DNA from: Spongospora subterranea f. sp. subterranea
Taxonomy: Eukaryota
Direction: 5' to 3'
Length of the DNA: 20,000 nt
NCBI GenBank assembly: GCA_049724395.1
Contig: JAUGWO010000069.1
Coordinates: 419,633 to 439,632, forward strand
Position 1 is the stretch's first letter, and each line of letters begins with the position of its first letter. The notes beneath the pieces were generated by a model. The model was given only the letters and a program-made list of their open reading frames with translations, was not told the DNA's origin and searched no databases. Position numbers and translations under genes: made by a program. This document shows, piece after piece, positions 1-11,324 of the stretch.

Positions 1-170
1 AAAGGAACAGCAATCCCAGTGGCGGCTGCCCATGACCTCGCATCTATGCAACTGTTGAAGACCCAGTATGCCCGAACTATTGATTGTCGATTGTCGCCAT
101 TATCATCGGTCTTCAACAGTTGCATAGATGCGAGGTCATGGGCATCCGCCACTGGGATTGCTGTTCTTTT
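1..170. repeat. Long inverted repeat (fold-back): arms 1-63 and 108-170, 44-nt loop
   Basis: Reverse complement of 108-170 matches 1-63 at 61/63 positions (mismatches at 4 and 26). The left arm touches the window edge, so it may be longer. Confidence 0.95.
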
Positions 171-449
171 TTTGTGGTGATCCACACTAGATGGAGCTGC
201 GATTTCACTTGAACAAGTCTCTAAAGACGCACGCGGATACTGTCAGTGTACTGTAAGAGGGACTATCGGAAGGCCACGCCCCCCGTGAACATCTCATCTC
301 GTGATTGTATCAACAGTATATTAACCCCATTCCGACAATTCATTGGTGACCGATCGGTTATGGCGAGGGGTACAGAGGAGGCTCCATTATCATCATCAGG
401 TTATATGATTGCTCCAATATCGACTGGAACGTTCTGGTTTTGACCGTAT

Positions 450-1273
450 ATGGACGGCGCAGGGGAGGCGCCTGGGATCGATGACACCATGGAATCAGGG
501 GAGGTGGTCGATCTTCCCACTTCAATCCTTAAGAAAATTGATGATGATCTCATTGTCGAAATAACATATGGGAGTGGTGCGCCGCCGTGGCTGCAAAGAG
601 AATTCGAAAAGCTAATCACAACATGCAATCAACGCCACACGCCAAATTCGGCGAATACCCAGAAGACCATTCGATACGGGCAATCATTCTGCGTTGATCG
701 TCATGGAAGTGACCAACGTCCTCCCACATCGATTCGCTACGAGGTTGCGAATCCAATCCCGCTTCCTGTACGAGATCTTCCAGCCCAAGCCTGTTTTAAC
801 TGCGGTGTTAGTGGGCATTCGGTTAGGGATTGCCCTCATCCCGCTGAAGCCGATATAATCCGCGAGAATGTCAGGCAATTTAAAGCTCTTCAAGCTGCAA
901 AAAACGAAACACATTCGCAAGCTAGGTATGTTTTTAACTCTCCACTATTGTCACCAGTAGTTTTGCTCCCATTTTGACCTTTCGGAGTTGGGAAGGTTTT
1001 TATTTTATATCGGAACGCGAGTTATTGAAGATCTGCAGGTATTATCATGATCGCCCCGTATCAGATGGTAAAGAGGCGCCTGCAAAGTATGCACGCTATG
1101 ACGACAAAAGGCAAGGATCATCGGGGGCGCACTCGCGGTATTCCTCGCGATCGGATGCTCGAAGCGATCAACGCGAGCCGTCCAATTTCCGTCAGTCGTC
1201 GTCGCGTCAGCAAGTATCGTCAGCAGGAGATTCACGAAATGATCGTGGCTATAATCGAGACAACCATTATTGA
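450..1273 (+). CDS. CCHC zinc-knuckle protein resembling the N-terminal half of ZCCHC8; 2 exons (450-925, 1039-1273), ~236 aa
   Basis: CFNCGVSGHSVRDCPHP knuckle, upstream FCVDRHG and downstream helix ending ARYY, as I recall from ZCCHC8. Intron 926-1038 (GTATGT...CTGCAG) joins ORFs 450-977 and 974-1273 in frame. R/S/D-rich tail. Confidence 0.75.
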
Positions 1274-1414
1274 CCCCTCAAATGCTTGTAGATGCCGGCT
1301 TTTGACATCTAGATGTTGTTCAATATTGGATGACTGGTATCTATTTTGGGGTCTGCGCTATGGTTTATAAATTATGACACAGAGCACATCCACTTTGGCG
1401 TTTTATATCTGATT

Positions 1415-4400
1415 TCAGTTTCTTCGTCTGCGGCGTCGTCGCTTCTGCTTTGTCGTCGCCTTCTGTTCAGCGTCGTCCCAGTTTGCGAATGATGGCTGTT
1501 GTGTGGGATCTGAGGATTGATTGGACTCCTGGTCAGGAAACGAGGCAAAGTTGTTGTCGTCAGTTTGTTGCGATGGATTAGAGGCTTTTGGTATTGTATC
1601 CGGCGAAACCTCATGTGGTGCATCAGGTGTTTTGGGCTGCGGAACAGTAGGTGTTGATTCGTGACCCACGTTTTCCCGTTTCGTATCAAAAGACACTTGT
1701 TCGTCTTGTGTCTTTCCGCCATTTTTCGGCTTGCTCCACCATGATCCTTGATCAGTTTCAGGTGTAGACGACTTTGAATCAGGCGACGCCTGGTCATCAT
1801 TTGCCTCATTGGCGGTCTTAGAATTGCCCCACCATGAGTTCTCATCAGTGTCAGGTTTAGACGGCTTTGAGTCAGATGACGTCTGTTCATCATTGGCCTT
1901 CGTGGCGTCCTTAGACTTGCCCCACCATGAGTTCTCATCAGTGTCAGGTTTAGACGGCTTTGAATCAGGGAAAGCCTGTTCATCATTTGCCTTTTTGGCG
2001 GCCTTAGAAGTGCCCCACCATGAGCTCTCATTATTGTCGGGTGATTTTTCTTCACCTTTGGATGGTTTGATACCACTTGACGATTGATGATCTTTCACTT
2101 TTTTGCTTTCTTTAGACACGCTCAGCCGGGGATTCCCTTGACCATTGGGGGATTTTTCTTTCGATAGGTTTGACTCTTTGGTTGGTTCAGGCTTCATTGG
2201 GATTTTGTCGTTCGTGCCCACATCCGGTGGTGCCGCTTCGAAAGTCGGCGATTCCCCATGCTTTGCCCCAGAATTCGCGTTACCCTTTCCCATCGACGAC
2301 CTTTCTTCAGTGTCTGGCGAAGGCTGCTCTGCTTTCTGGTCGCCTCTAGTCGTGGACTTGACGTGATCTCTTGCTGGCGAACCGTCTTGGCGCTGTGCTG
2401 ACCCATCTTGGCGCTGAGGGATCGCTGATGGCTCATCTTGGTGCTTTTCATCAACTGCTGCGGAATCGTTTTGGCGCTGCTGAGGAATCGCTGGTGAACC
2501 ATCTTGGCGCTGTTTGGCGATTGCTGCTGACCGATCTTGGCGCTGTTGAGGAATTGCGGCTGACCCATCTTGGCGCTGTTTTGGACTTGATGCTGACACA
2601 CCTTGGCGCTGTTGAGGAATTGCTGCCGAATCATTTTGGCGCTGTTTTGGAGTCGCTGCTGACCCATCTTGGCGCTGTTGAGGAATTACTGCTGAACCGT
2701 CTTGGCGCTGTTGAGGAATTGCTGCTGAACCGTCTTGGCGCTGTTGAGGAGTTGCTGCTGAACCGTCTTGACGCTGTTGAGGCTTTGCGGCTGAACCGTT
2801 TTGGCGCTGTTGAGGACTCGCTGCTGAACCATCTTGGCGCTGTTGAGGAATTGCTGCTGAACCGTCTTGGCGCTGTTGAGGAGTTGCTGCTGAACCGTCT
2901 TGACGCTGTTGAGGCTTTGCGGCTGAACCGTTTTGGCGCTGTTGAGGACTCGCTGCTGAACCATCTTGGCGCTGTTGAGGAATTGCTGCTGAACCGTCTT
3001 GGCGCTGTTGAGGAGTTGCTGCTGAACCGTCTTGACGCTGTTGAGGCTTTGCGGCTGAACCGTTTTGGCGCTGTTGAGGACTCGCTGCTGAACCATCTTG
3101 GCGCTGTTGAGGAATTGCTGCTGAACCGTCTTGGCGCTGTTGAGGAGTTGCTGCTGAACCGTCTTGGCGCTGTTGAGGAGTTGCTGCTGAACCGTCTTGG
3201 CGCTGTTGAGGAGTTGCTGCTGAACCGTCTTGGCGCTGTTGAGGCTTTGCGGCTGAACCGTTTTGGCGCTGTTGAGGACTCGCTGCTGAACCATCTTGGC
3301 GCTGTTGAGGAATTGCTGCTGAACCGTTTTGGCGCTGTTGAGGAATTGCTGCTGAAATATCTTGGCGCTGTTGAGGAATTGCTGCTGAATCATCTTGACG
3401 CTGTTTTGGACTCGCTGCTGACCCATCTTGGCGCTGTTGAGGAATTGCTGCTGAACCATCTTGGCGCTGTTGAGGAATTGCTGCTGAATTATCTTGGCGC
3501 TGTTGAGGAACTGCTGCTGAATCATCTTGACGCTGTTTTGGACTCGCTGCTGACCCATCTTGGCGCTGTTGAGGAATTGCTGCTGAACCATCTTGGCGCT
3601 GTTGAGGAATTGCTGCTGAATTATCTTGGCGCTGTTGAGGAATTGCTGCTGAATCATCTTGACGCTGTTTTGGACTCGCTGCTGACCCATCTTGGCGCTG
3701 TTGAGGAATTGCTGCTGAACCATCTTGGCGCTGTTGAGGAATTGCTGCTGAATCATCTTGACGCTGTTTTGGACTCGCTGCTGACCCATCTTGGCGCTGT
3801 TGAGGAATTGCTGCTGAATCGTCTTGGCGCTGTTGAGGAATTGCTGCTGAACCGTCTTGGCGCTGTTGAGGAATTGCTGCTGAACGGTCTTGGCGCTGTT
3901 GAGGAATTGCTGCTGAACCGTCTTGGCGCTGTTGAGGAATTGCTGCTAAACCATCTTGGCGCTGTTGAGGAATTGCTGCTGAACGGTCTAGGCGCTGTTT
4001 TTGACTTGCTGCTGAACCATTTTTTCGCTGTTGAGGAATTGCTGCTGAATCATCTTGGCGCTGTTGAGGAATTGCTGGTGATCCATCTTGGCGCTGTTGA
4101 GGAGTTGCTGCTGACCCATCTTGGCGCTGTTGAGGAATTGCTGGTGATCCATCTTGGCGCTGTTGAGGAGTTGCTGCTGACCCATCTTGGCGCTGTTGAG
4201 GAATTGCTGCCGAATCATCTGGGCGCTGTTGAGGAATTGCTGCTGGCCCATCTTGGCGCTGTTGAGGAATTGCTGCTGACCCATCTTGGCGCTGTTGAGG
4301 AATTGCTGCTGACCCATCTTGGCGCTGTTGAGGAATTGCTGCCGAATCATCTGGGCGCTGTTGAGGAATTGCTGCTGGCTCATCTTGGCGCTGTTGAGGA

Positions 4401-6566
4401 ATTGCTGGTGATCCATCTTGGCGCTGTTGAGGAGTTGCTGCTGACCCATCTTGGCGCTGTTGAGGAATTGCTGGTGATCCATCTTGGCGCTGTTGAGGAG
4501 TTGCTGCTGACCCATCTTGGCGCTGTTGAGGAATTGCTGCCGAATCATCTGGGCGCTGTTGAGGAATTGCTGCTGGCCCATCTTGGCGCTGTTGAGGAAT
4601 TGCTGCTGACCCATCTTGGCGCTGTTGAGGAATTGCTGCTGACCCATCTTGGCGCTGTTGAGGAATTGCTGCCGAATCATCTGGGCGCTGTTGAGGAATT
4701 GCTGCTGGCTCATCTTGGCGCTGTTGTGGAATTGCTGCTGACCCATCTTGACGCTGTTGAGGACTTGCTGCCGAATCATCTGGGCGCTGTTGAGGAATTG
4801 CTGCCGAATCATCTTGACGCTGTTTTGGACTCGCCGCTGGCCCATCTTGAGGCTGTTGAGAAATTGCTGCCGAATCATCTTGACGCTGTTTGGGGATTGC
4901 TGCTGACCCATCTTGGCGCTGTTGAGGAATTGCTGCTGAATCATCTTGGCGTTGCTGAGGAATCGCTGCCGAGCCGTCTTCACGCTGTTGGGGAATCGCT
5001 GCCGAGGAAGATGGCGCAACTTGATCTAATTCATCACCATCAGGCTCTTTCTTGATCGGTTCCCTTTCATCAGCATTTGGTGATGACGCCAAAGGCCCTG
5101 TGTCTGACCCACCGTTTCCGACCGCATTCTCTGATAACGGAAGAGCTTCAGGTTTCGACTTGGGTTTTGATTTGCCCCAACCGCTAAACCATGAATTGTT
5201 TTCAGCTTCGTCTTTTGCAGTTTCCGCAGGTAGAGAGCTATCATCGTTCCTCGGCGCTTCAGCGTCAAGCGTAGCCGGCGTGGAAGCATCAGCATTCGTT
5301 GACGACGCCAAAGAATCTGTATCTGATCCTCCGTTTCCAGATGAATTTTCTGATGAGAGAGGAGCGTCCTCAGGTTTCGACTTGGGTTTTGATTTGCCCC
5401 AACCGCTAAACCATGAACTGTTCTCAGCTTCATCTTCTGCAGTTTCCACAGGTGAAGGTGAAGGTTCATCAACGTTCTTTGGTGCTTCGCCAGTGTCAAT
5501 CGAAGCCGGAGTGGAAGCAGTGTCGCTTTGCACAGCAGGTACTGGGGTTGCAAGTTCATCAGCACGTTGCGCGATAACATCGTTGATGGAATCCACTTTA
5601 TCAGCAATTGCAATGCCGTCGGGACGAGATTGCTTTCGGGACCTCCATGGCGCGTTTGTGGGAGTGTCATCTGCTGATGTTATAGCATCACCCGCGACGA
5701 TTTTATTTGATGATTCGGCAGAATCAACAGCCGCTGACGAGGCCAATCCCTTGTCAGATCTGTCAGGAACGCCTGCTGGGGAAGGAGGCGCTGCATCAGC
5801 GCTGTCGACGGTATTGCCGTTCATCGAGCGCTCCTGTTCAATGCCAGAAACGGTGTCGGGGTGCGATTGATTCTGCTCGTTCTCTACGAGATTTTCGCGA
5901 GCATCCACTTTGTCGGCGTTTGATCTCTTCCGTTAGCTTGGTCAGAGAAGGAGTCGCCGCTCTATCTGAACCAACAGCGTTTGAAGAATCAATATCATCA
6001 GTGCCGCTGGCTGGAATTGCCGATGGCTCTTTTGCAACGGTATCACCAGTGGAATCCAGGGTTTGAGATGGGTTTCGGTCATCCTTGACACGAGCCTCTT
6101 GATTGTCATCATCTCGTTCTGGCCGATTGCCGTTTCCATGTCCATCGGTATCTGGCGACAACACATTCATCGACTGACCTGGCTCATCGCCCCCAGTAGT
6201 TGTAGATGATTGCTCATCGTCAGCTGGTTCTGCTTCAGGGCCATTTCTGGATGACGAAAACGAACTATTTGATTTCGGGGAAGAGGGCGGAACCGCTGCC
6301 GATGATTCGGTATCGACCCAATTCGCCGGTGGCGTTGTCAACGGCTCGTTCATCGATCGTTGTTTCTGTGGTTGGTTCGTAGGCGCGCCGGCTTCACTAC
6401 CTCTGGGTGCTGCAGGATTGTCGGGAAACAACCGATCGATTATAGACGTGCACTCGCCGGCAACCACCTGGGAACTGATTCGACGAACACGAGGTTCTCG
6501 CTGAGCCAAGCGGGTCATTTCATTGTCGTTAGCCTCTGAGCTGGGGCCGTTTTCTTCGTCCGCCAT
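1415..6566 (-). CDS. Giant low-complexity tandem-repeat protein (~1,700 aa), function unknown; probable exons 6566-5976 and 5926-1415
   Basis: 1497-aa ORF plus upstream 242-aa ORF of similar S/D/P/E composition. A 49-nt intron 5975-5927 (GTTGGT...CTGAC..CTAAC..AAG) joins them in frame; an 88-nt alternative 5971-5884 also works. Common repeat variants (GAT/GAC, GGT/GGG) are synonymous in this frame. Confidence 0.8.
1700..2030 (-). repeat. 93-bp tandem repeat, ~4 copies (31-aa unit SWWGxSKxAxxANDEQxxxDSKPSKPDTDEN)
   Basis: CCACCATGA recurs at 1736, 1829, 1922 and 2015 (93-bp spacing). Confidence 0.9.
2400..5005 (-). repeat. 33-bp coding minisatellite, roughly 77-79 units (11-aa unit QDGSAAIPQQR), with higher-order blocks
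   Basis: Plus-strand consensus CATCTTGGCGCTGTTGAGGAATTGCTGCTGAAC repeated head-to-tail without spacers. Contains 132-bp (4-unit) blocks and one 330-bp (10-unit) duplication. Confidence 0.97.
5075..5520 (-). repeat. ~222-bp direct duplication (74-aa unit containing NxSWFSGWGKSKPKSKPE)
   Basis: TCAGGTTTCGACTTGGGTTTTGATTTGCCCCAACCGCTAAACCATGAA occurs at 5148 and 5370. Confidence 0.9.
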
Positions 6567-7526
6567 TCAGGACGTATCAAATGATATGAATCCTGTATTG
6601 ACTGCAACAGAACAATGGAGAAGTGTTTTCCCAGAACATTGAGTCATCTTCCGTACATTAATCCATTCCAACCCCGCTCACTTAAATCCACCTTATCATC
6701 CTCTGCATCACAGCTCGGTTTCGCATTGTGAGACCATCGGCAGCAGCTTTACAATCCAGAGTGGCAACAGCTGTGAAGAATGACCAACAGCAGATTTGTT
6801 TCCAGGAAAGTGTTTCGAGCCTGTAGAATATATGGCGCTAATGATTTGCCATTTTTGACCAAGAGTCCATCAATATCCCGACGCCGAAACTATTTTTCTG
6901 GAGATTTCAATCAAAAGGGCCTATCCTGCTGGTCCAAAATTTTGAAAATGTTTCTACCGACACAATTCAATGCTTAAACAGACGCTGACAAGGGTGTTTT
7001 GATGGGGTCTCTTCTGATACAATTTTTGGAAACCTGGGGATCTCTCTAGTGCTTTATTACCGTATCAACGGTGCGATTTTGGTCCAGGATCTCCAAAGCA
7101 TCAACGTCGCATCCGTTTCTGTTGTCGTTGAGCTCGACACCTGAAATATAGCTGCACGAGCAACTTCTCGATTCATAACCTGGTGATTACTATCCTCTGT
7201 AGCGATAGAAATAACCTGGTTCGCATTCGAATGAATCGAGTTGACTCCCCGGCGAATGCATATATCAAAATCTGAGATGATCACGGCGGCAATCCTGAAA
7301 TACACATGGAAACTGGGTCGATATCAACATATGTCGTCGTCGCATGGCTCCAACCATACGTTGACAACATCACAGTACCGCCCTTTCACCTCTCTCATCC
7401 AATATTACTGTCAACTCGGAAGAATCACTGGCTCCGCTCTATCGATCAATCTTACTTTATTGAAGTCGGATCATCTCGTTCTGTATTCTGTAAAACAACA
7501 GTCGACTTGTGATTCGAGATTTCGGG

Positions 7527-8253
7527 TTATGATTTGGCGGTTTCCTTGGCTGCCAGCTCTCCATAATGCTTGCTCATTAATGTCGAAAAGTTTACCAAGA
7601 AGCTTGACACATCGCGATCTGTTGCATACTTCTCTTGTGCAGCCTGCAATTGTGTTGCTCTCGTCAGTGTTGCCAAACTCGTTGAAACATTGCACATGGT
7701 ACCTTGGGATCCTTCTGCATTAGCGCCATGGCCTCACATATTTTTGGGTTTTGCAGCCCGTTCGCCAAACGCGGATCGCTGACGAACGAGCGCAGAAGAT
7801 CGTCCGTCAACCATTCTGAGCAAAGCGTTTCGATCAGCGTGTTCACTCTGACAGAGGTGGATATCCATACCACCCCCGATTGGCTTCATCGCCGTCTGGA
7901 CTTCATCCAACACCAACGAGGATCCGGTCTTCATCGACAAAGCCGACGACGTTCTCCCCTTCACGGACGGTCCTTTGTTCTGTTTCGAACCCACATCAGC
8001 GACGTTTTCTTTCTTATGGTCGAAAGATTCTGCCGACTACTCGATTGAAAAACCCGGTTTTTATCCCTGAGAACATGGACAGCGATTTATCGGAGACTGG
8101 CATCGATCCGGGGCCTGCTTCAGAACGCGCTTCGTGAACTTCGCCCATCTGCTGGTGCTGGCGCAAATCCGCATCGTTCTTTTGTTGCAGATCTCGCCAC
8201 CCTTTCATTGGGGTGATATGGCTCATATCCTCTAGGGGTGGTGGCTCATCCAT
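7527..8253 (-). CDS. STI1/HOP DP-like domain protein; 4 exons (8253-8041, 7979-7871, 7815-7703, 7643-7527), ~183 aa
   Basis: Introns of 61, 55 and 59 nt (all GT..CAG) join fragments in frame: MDEPPPLEDM...FSGIKTGFFNR...EWLTDDLLRSFVSDPRLANGLQNPKICEAMALMQKDPKAAQEKYATDRDVSSFL. The DP/NP helical pattern is typical of STI1 domains. Confidence 0.75.
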
Positions 8254-8608
8254 TTTCAACGTTTATACGCGGTTTGCGACCGATTGCCTTGTCAGGACTG
8301 GGCAGCAGACAGTTCTGGCCTGGCACAGGGCTACAGTACACCATTCAACTCAACTGCAGCCCGCTAAACCACCTCAACATTCTTCACAACAGTTCATAGA
8401 GTCTGGTCGAAGGACGAAAATGTCAACTTTTCGTGTGTGGAGCTTATTGGCTCAAAAAGTAGGCATTGGTCGACGTTGTCACTGCTTTTTTCACTCGTGT
8501 CAGATTTTTTTTTCTTTCGCGTTCTCAACCTGCCCCCAGTATTCGATGCCTCTAAGTCGGAACGATTTGTTCATGCTGCTGAATGCGGATCATATTCGCC
8601 AATCGCAG

Positions 8609-8707
8609 ACTCTTGTGAATGGCGAAGCGAACTGCCATTCGTAAATTCCCGTAAAGGTGAAGCTTCAAATGCTGCGAATGGCGGTTCGCTTCACCATTCA
8701 CACGAGT
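8609..8707. repeat. Imperfect inverted repeat: 35-bp arms (8609-8643, 8673-8707), 29-nt loop
   Basis: ACTCTTGTGAATGGCGAAGCGAACTGCCATTCGTA versus reverse complement ACTCGTGTGAATGGTGAAGCGAACCGCCATTCGCA; 31/35 identical. Confidence 0.9.
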
Positions 8708-8709
8708 AT

Positions 8710-9075
8710 GGGACCCTTCCAAGCGGCCAGGTGTGAAGGAAAAGTATCATTTTTGGTTGCAATTAAAATCAAAGTGCCCGGTACGTCGTTGACGTTGACA
8801 ACTGCGGTTGATTTCGCAACGTCGAACAGAGCAACAACTGAAACGAACCCGCCTTCCTGAGAAAAAATAAACCAATGTCCTGGCGACCCGCTCCGACATG
8901 AGCATGCGAAGCGGGAATTCTCGCCCCATTTTGCTCGGCGGCTGTCGCAATAAGGTCCAACGTCCATTCAAACGTTCTGCACGACACCCGAAGGTTCTTG
9001 CGATACCATTCATCGAAATGACAGCCTTGCACGCCTACAATATCTTCACTACACAAGACGAAGTGTGACAGCAAT
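8710..9075 (-). pseudogene. Degenerate PIF/Harbinger transposase N-terminal fragment
   Basis: DEWYRKNLRVSCRTFEWTLDLI (compare FRxxFRMSRxTFxxL) followed, after a frameshift, by SQEGGFVSVVALFDVAKSTAVVNVNDV (compare GxSYxxVxxLFGVSKSTV HTH). Truncated before the catalytic GAIDG motif. Confidence 0.7.
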
Positions 9076-10079
9076 TGACCCTGCGAGACATTGTGTTTTA
9101 GACTAAGTTTATTCTAAAGAAGGGCGCCTAATGCGTCGCCCATCTGAACCTATGGCCGCTACAGCTGCCACAGCCCGGTCATCATGGCTCCCAATGCTGT
9201 GGTTTGGGGTTATCAACAACTGTTTTTGTTTGTGGGGTCTGTGATTCTCTGACCGTTTCTGACGACTTCTTGTAGAAGTGGGTCTTTTTCAAATAGTCGA
9301 TCCCTTTAGTCGCCGAAAAAATCAGCTGTCGGAGAAGAAGGCGACTTTTTAGGCCTTCGACCAGACTAATAAGAATAGCAATGTGTATTAGATTAAATAT
9401 CAAGGTTTTTGTGTGCGATGTTATATTGTTCAGCGATGTTGATCTAACTGATTTGATGCGAAAGGTTTTTAATAAGAAAGACGATGCCGGCAGAGTAGAG
9501 CATGCCATGGAGATGAGTTTTACAAAGCGCTCGAAGAATTGACCTAGGCAACGTTGGCGCAGACGTTTGTCACAAAAAATTAGATCATGAAAGCGCAACA
9601 AACCAAAGTGTTCAAGACTGAGTTTTCGCCATTAGTGAATAACACGTTTATTGCAATGGTGAACAGGCGCAAAGGAGTTGCCGCCGAATGGAATATAACA
9701 CGCTAAGAAGGATGAGCGTGACGACGACGAGGGAAGCGTGGTACAACAAGATGGGGCCGGATCTTCGGGAGACGGTGCAGGAGATATTCCCATCTAGGTT
9801 CAACTACATTAGTATTGCGGATCATGGTTTTCATTGAATGAATGGCATGGTCAGATCAATGTAATATGCCAATAAGCGGGTTGGATGAACCAAAAACAAC
9901 AGCCAATATGGTGGGCCGGTACGGATTAGATCAAGGGTGCTGCCGTTGTCGGTTACCATCATTTATCCGGTCAGAATCAAGCATTGCAGGTCCGTCGAAG
10001 ATGTGAAAGATTTGTTGCTGACTTGCCAAGAAGCGACGGGCCCGCAATACTTGATCCTGACGGCAATAAGTGGAGTGAC

Positions 10080-10930
10080 CGACTCAACAACGCCAAGGAT
10101 CTTCCCACCGAAGTCGCGGAAAGCACGCCGCCGGGAGAACAATCGGTGCGGTTACTGCGGCCCCCGATTGAGGTATGTAGCGCACTGGCCAGGCGAAACA
10201 ACCCCGTGCTCCGGGACACGCCCGTCATTTTGTCAAAGCCTCCCGTCTCTTTCCTCACCATTAAATTTGCCTTGTCCCACTGGATCAATTACGCCTCGAG
10301 CTTGCGTATCCTGGCACAAAGACAGCCTCACTAAAGTGCTGTTCCTGATCGACAGTGGTGCATCAGCCTGTTTCATCGACGCCACATTCGCGATACGAAA
10401 CAAGATCCCTCTCGTCCGTTTCCCCAATCTTCTCCCAGTCGAAATTATCGATTGGCGCCACCTCGATGCAGTTGCCCAAGTAACGCTACCATTACGACTT
10501 GGACACTGCCGGTATCGAATCACGTTACGAGTTGTTATGTTATCTTGACCAACCGAACCCCAGAGATCGATTGGGCGACCTGACACACCACGCCATCACG
10601 AATCCACTGAATGCGATACTCGCCCCTTACTCAATTGCCATGTCAATAAACCATACACTCGAAGCTTCAAGTAAACAAGACGTCATACTTCCGGGGAAGG
10701 GTGATGACCGGTGTCACGACGGCATCGTTGACAACAAAAACGTTCGACTAATACTGACTAAGTTCAGCAGTCTGGTTTGCAAAACTCGGAAATTGCGCGT
10801 TCGACGCCCGGGAAATCGAATTCCTAGAGTATTTGTTCACCAACAGCAGCATACAGATGGGCCCGAGTAAGGTGGAGACTATTCTCGACTGGGCGATACC
10901 CACAACAGCCAAGGACGTCCAAAGTGATGA
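10080..10930 (+). mobile_element. Decayed Ty3/Gypsy LTR-retrotransposon remnant (gag knuckle, aspartic protease, RT C-terminus)
   Basis: RRRENNRCGYCG; FLIDSGASACFIDATFA (DSG protease motif); at ~10808-10925 REIEFLEYLFTNSSIQMGPSKVETILDWAIPTTAKDVQS (RT thumb/connection). Frameshifted, RT core absent, no LTRs seen. Confidence 0.85.
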
Positions 10931-11034
10931 ACTCGCCAAACTCGGCATCCCGAGATGATGGTCGTCTCAAAAAACTTGGGCGTAATTAATTAGTGATCCG
11001 GTTCGGGTGTCGCAACTCAATTGCTCAAAAGATG

Positions 11035-11120
11035 ACTGTCCGATTCTCACACTATTCTCACTCTGCCCGATTCTCACTCTGTCCGGTTCTCACTCTGTCC
11101 GATTCGCACTCTGTCCAGTC
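11035..11120 (+). repeat. Degenerate 16-bp tandem repeat (CTCTGTCCGATTCTCA), ~5 copies
   Basis: Read directly from the sequence between the Gypsy remnant and the DGAT2-like gene. Confidence 0.8.
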
Positions 11121-11324
11121 TCGGTCTGGTCATGGACACTGTAATTCGCGGAGTTTCCCACGACTGGGACTCACCGTTTCTTGGGTCTCGGCAAGTCCCG
11201 CCCCGGAACAGTCACAGGCTGACTGACACCAAAGGGTAGCACCGTGTGCCGAAATCCCATGTACCGTTACACACCGTCGTGGGCCCCTCACTTTCTGTTA
11301 CATCCGCTCCACCCTTGGGCCGAC

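Noticed and set aside
2400..5005. CRISPR array
   Set aside because: The 33-bp units are contiguous with no unique spacers, lie in frame within a gene, and no cas genes are present; the context is eukaryotic.
2400..5005. Kex2-processed repeat peptide precursor
   Set aside because: No regular KR/RR cleavage sites in the unit and no signal peptide.
2194..5019. Alternative-frame minus ORFs (QQQFLNSAKM repeats)
   Set aside because: Frame shadows of the minisatellite, interrupted by stops and confined to the repeat.
6600..7520. Short ORFs 6780-6977, 7057-7305, 7241-7723 and 7306-7512
   Set aside because: No recognisable motifs or consistent splice pattern; partly antisense to the STI1-like gene.
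9182..9800. 139-aa minus ORF and adjacent acidic/Gly-rich stretch
   Set aside because: No domain or coherent gene model; may be TE debris but cannot be supported from sequence alone.
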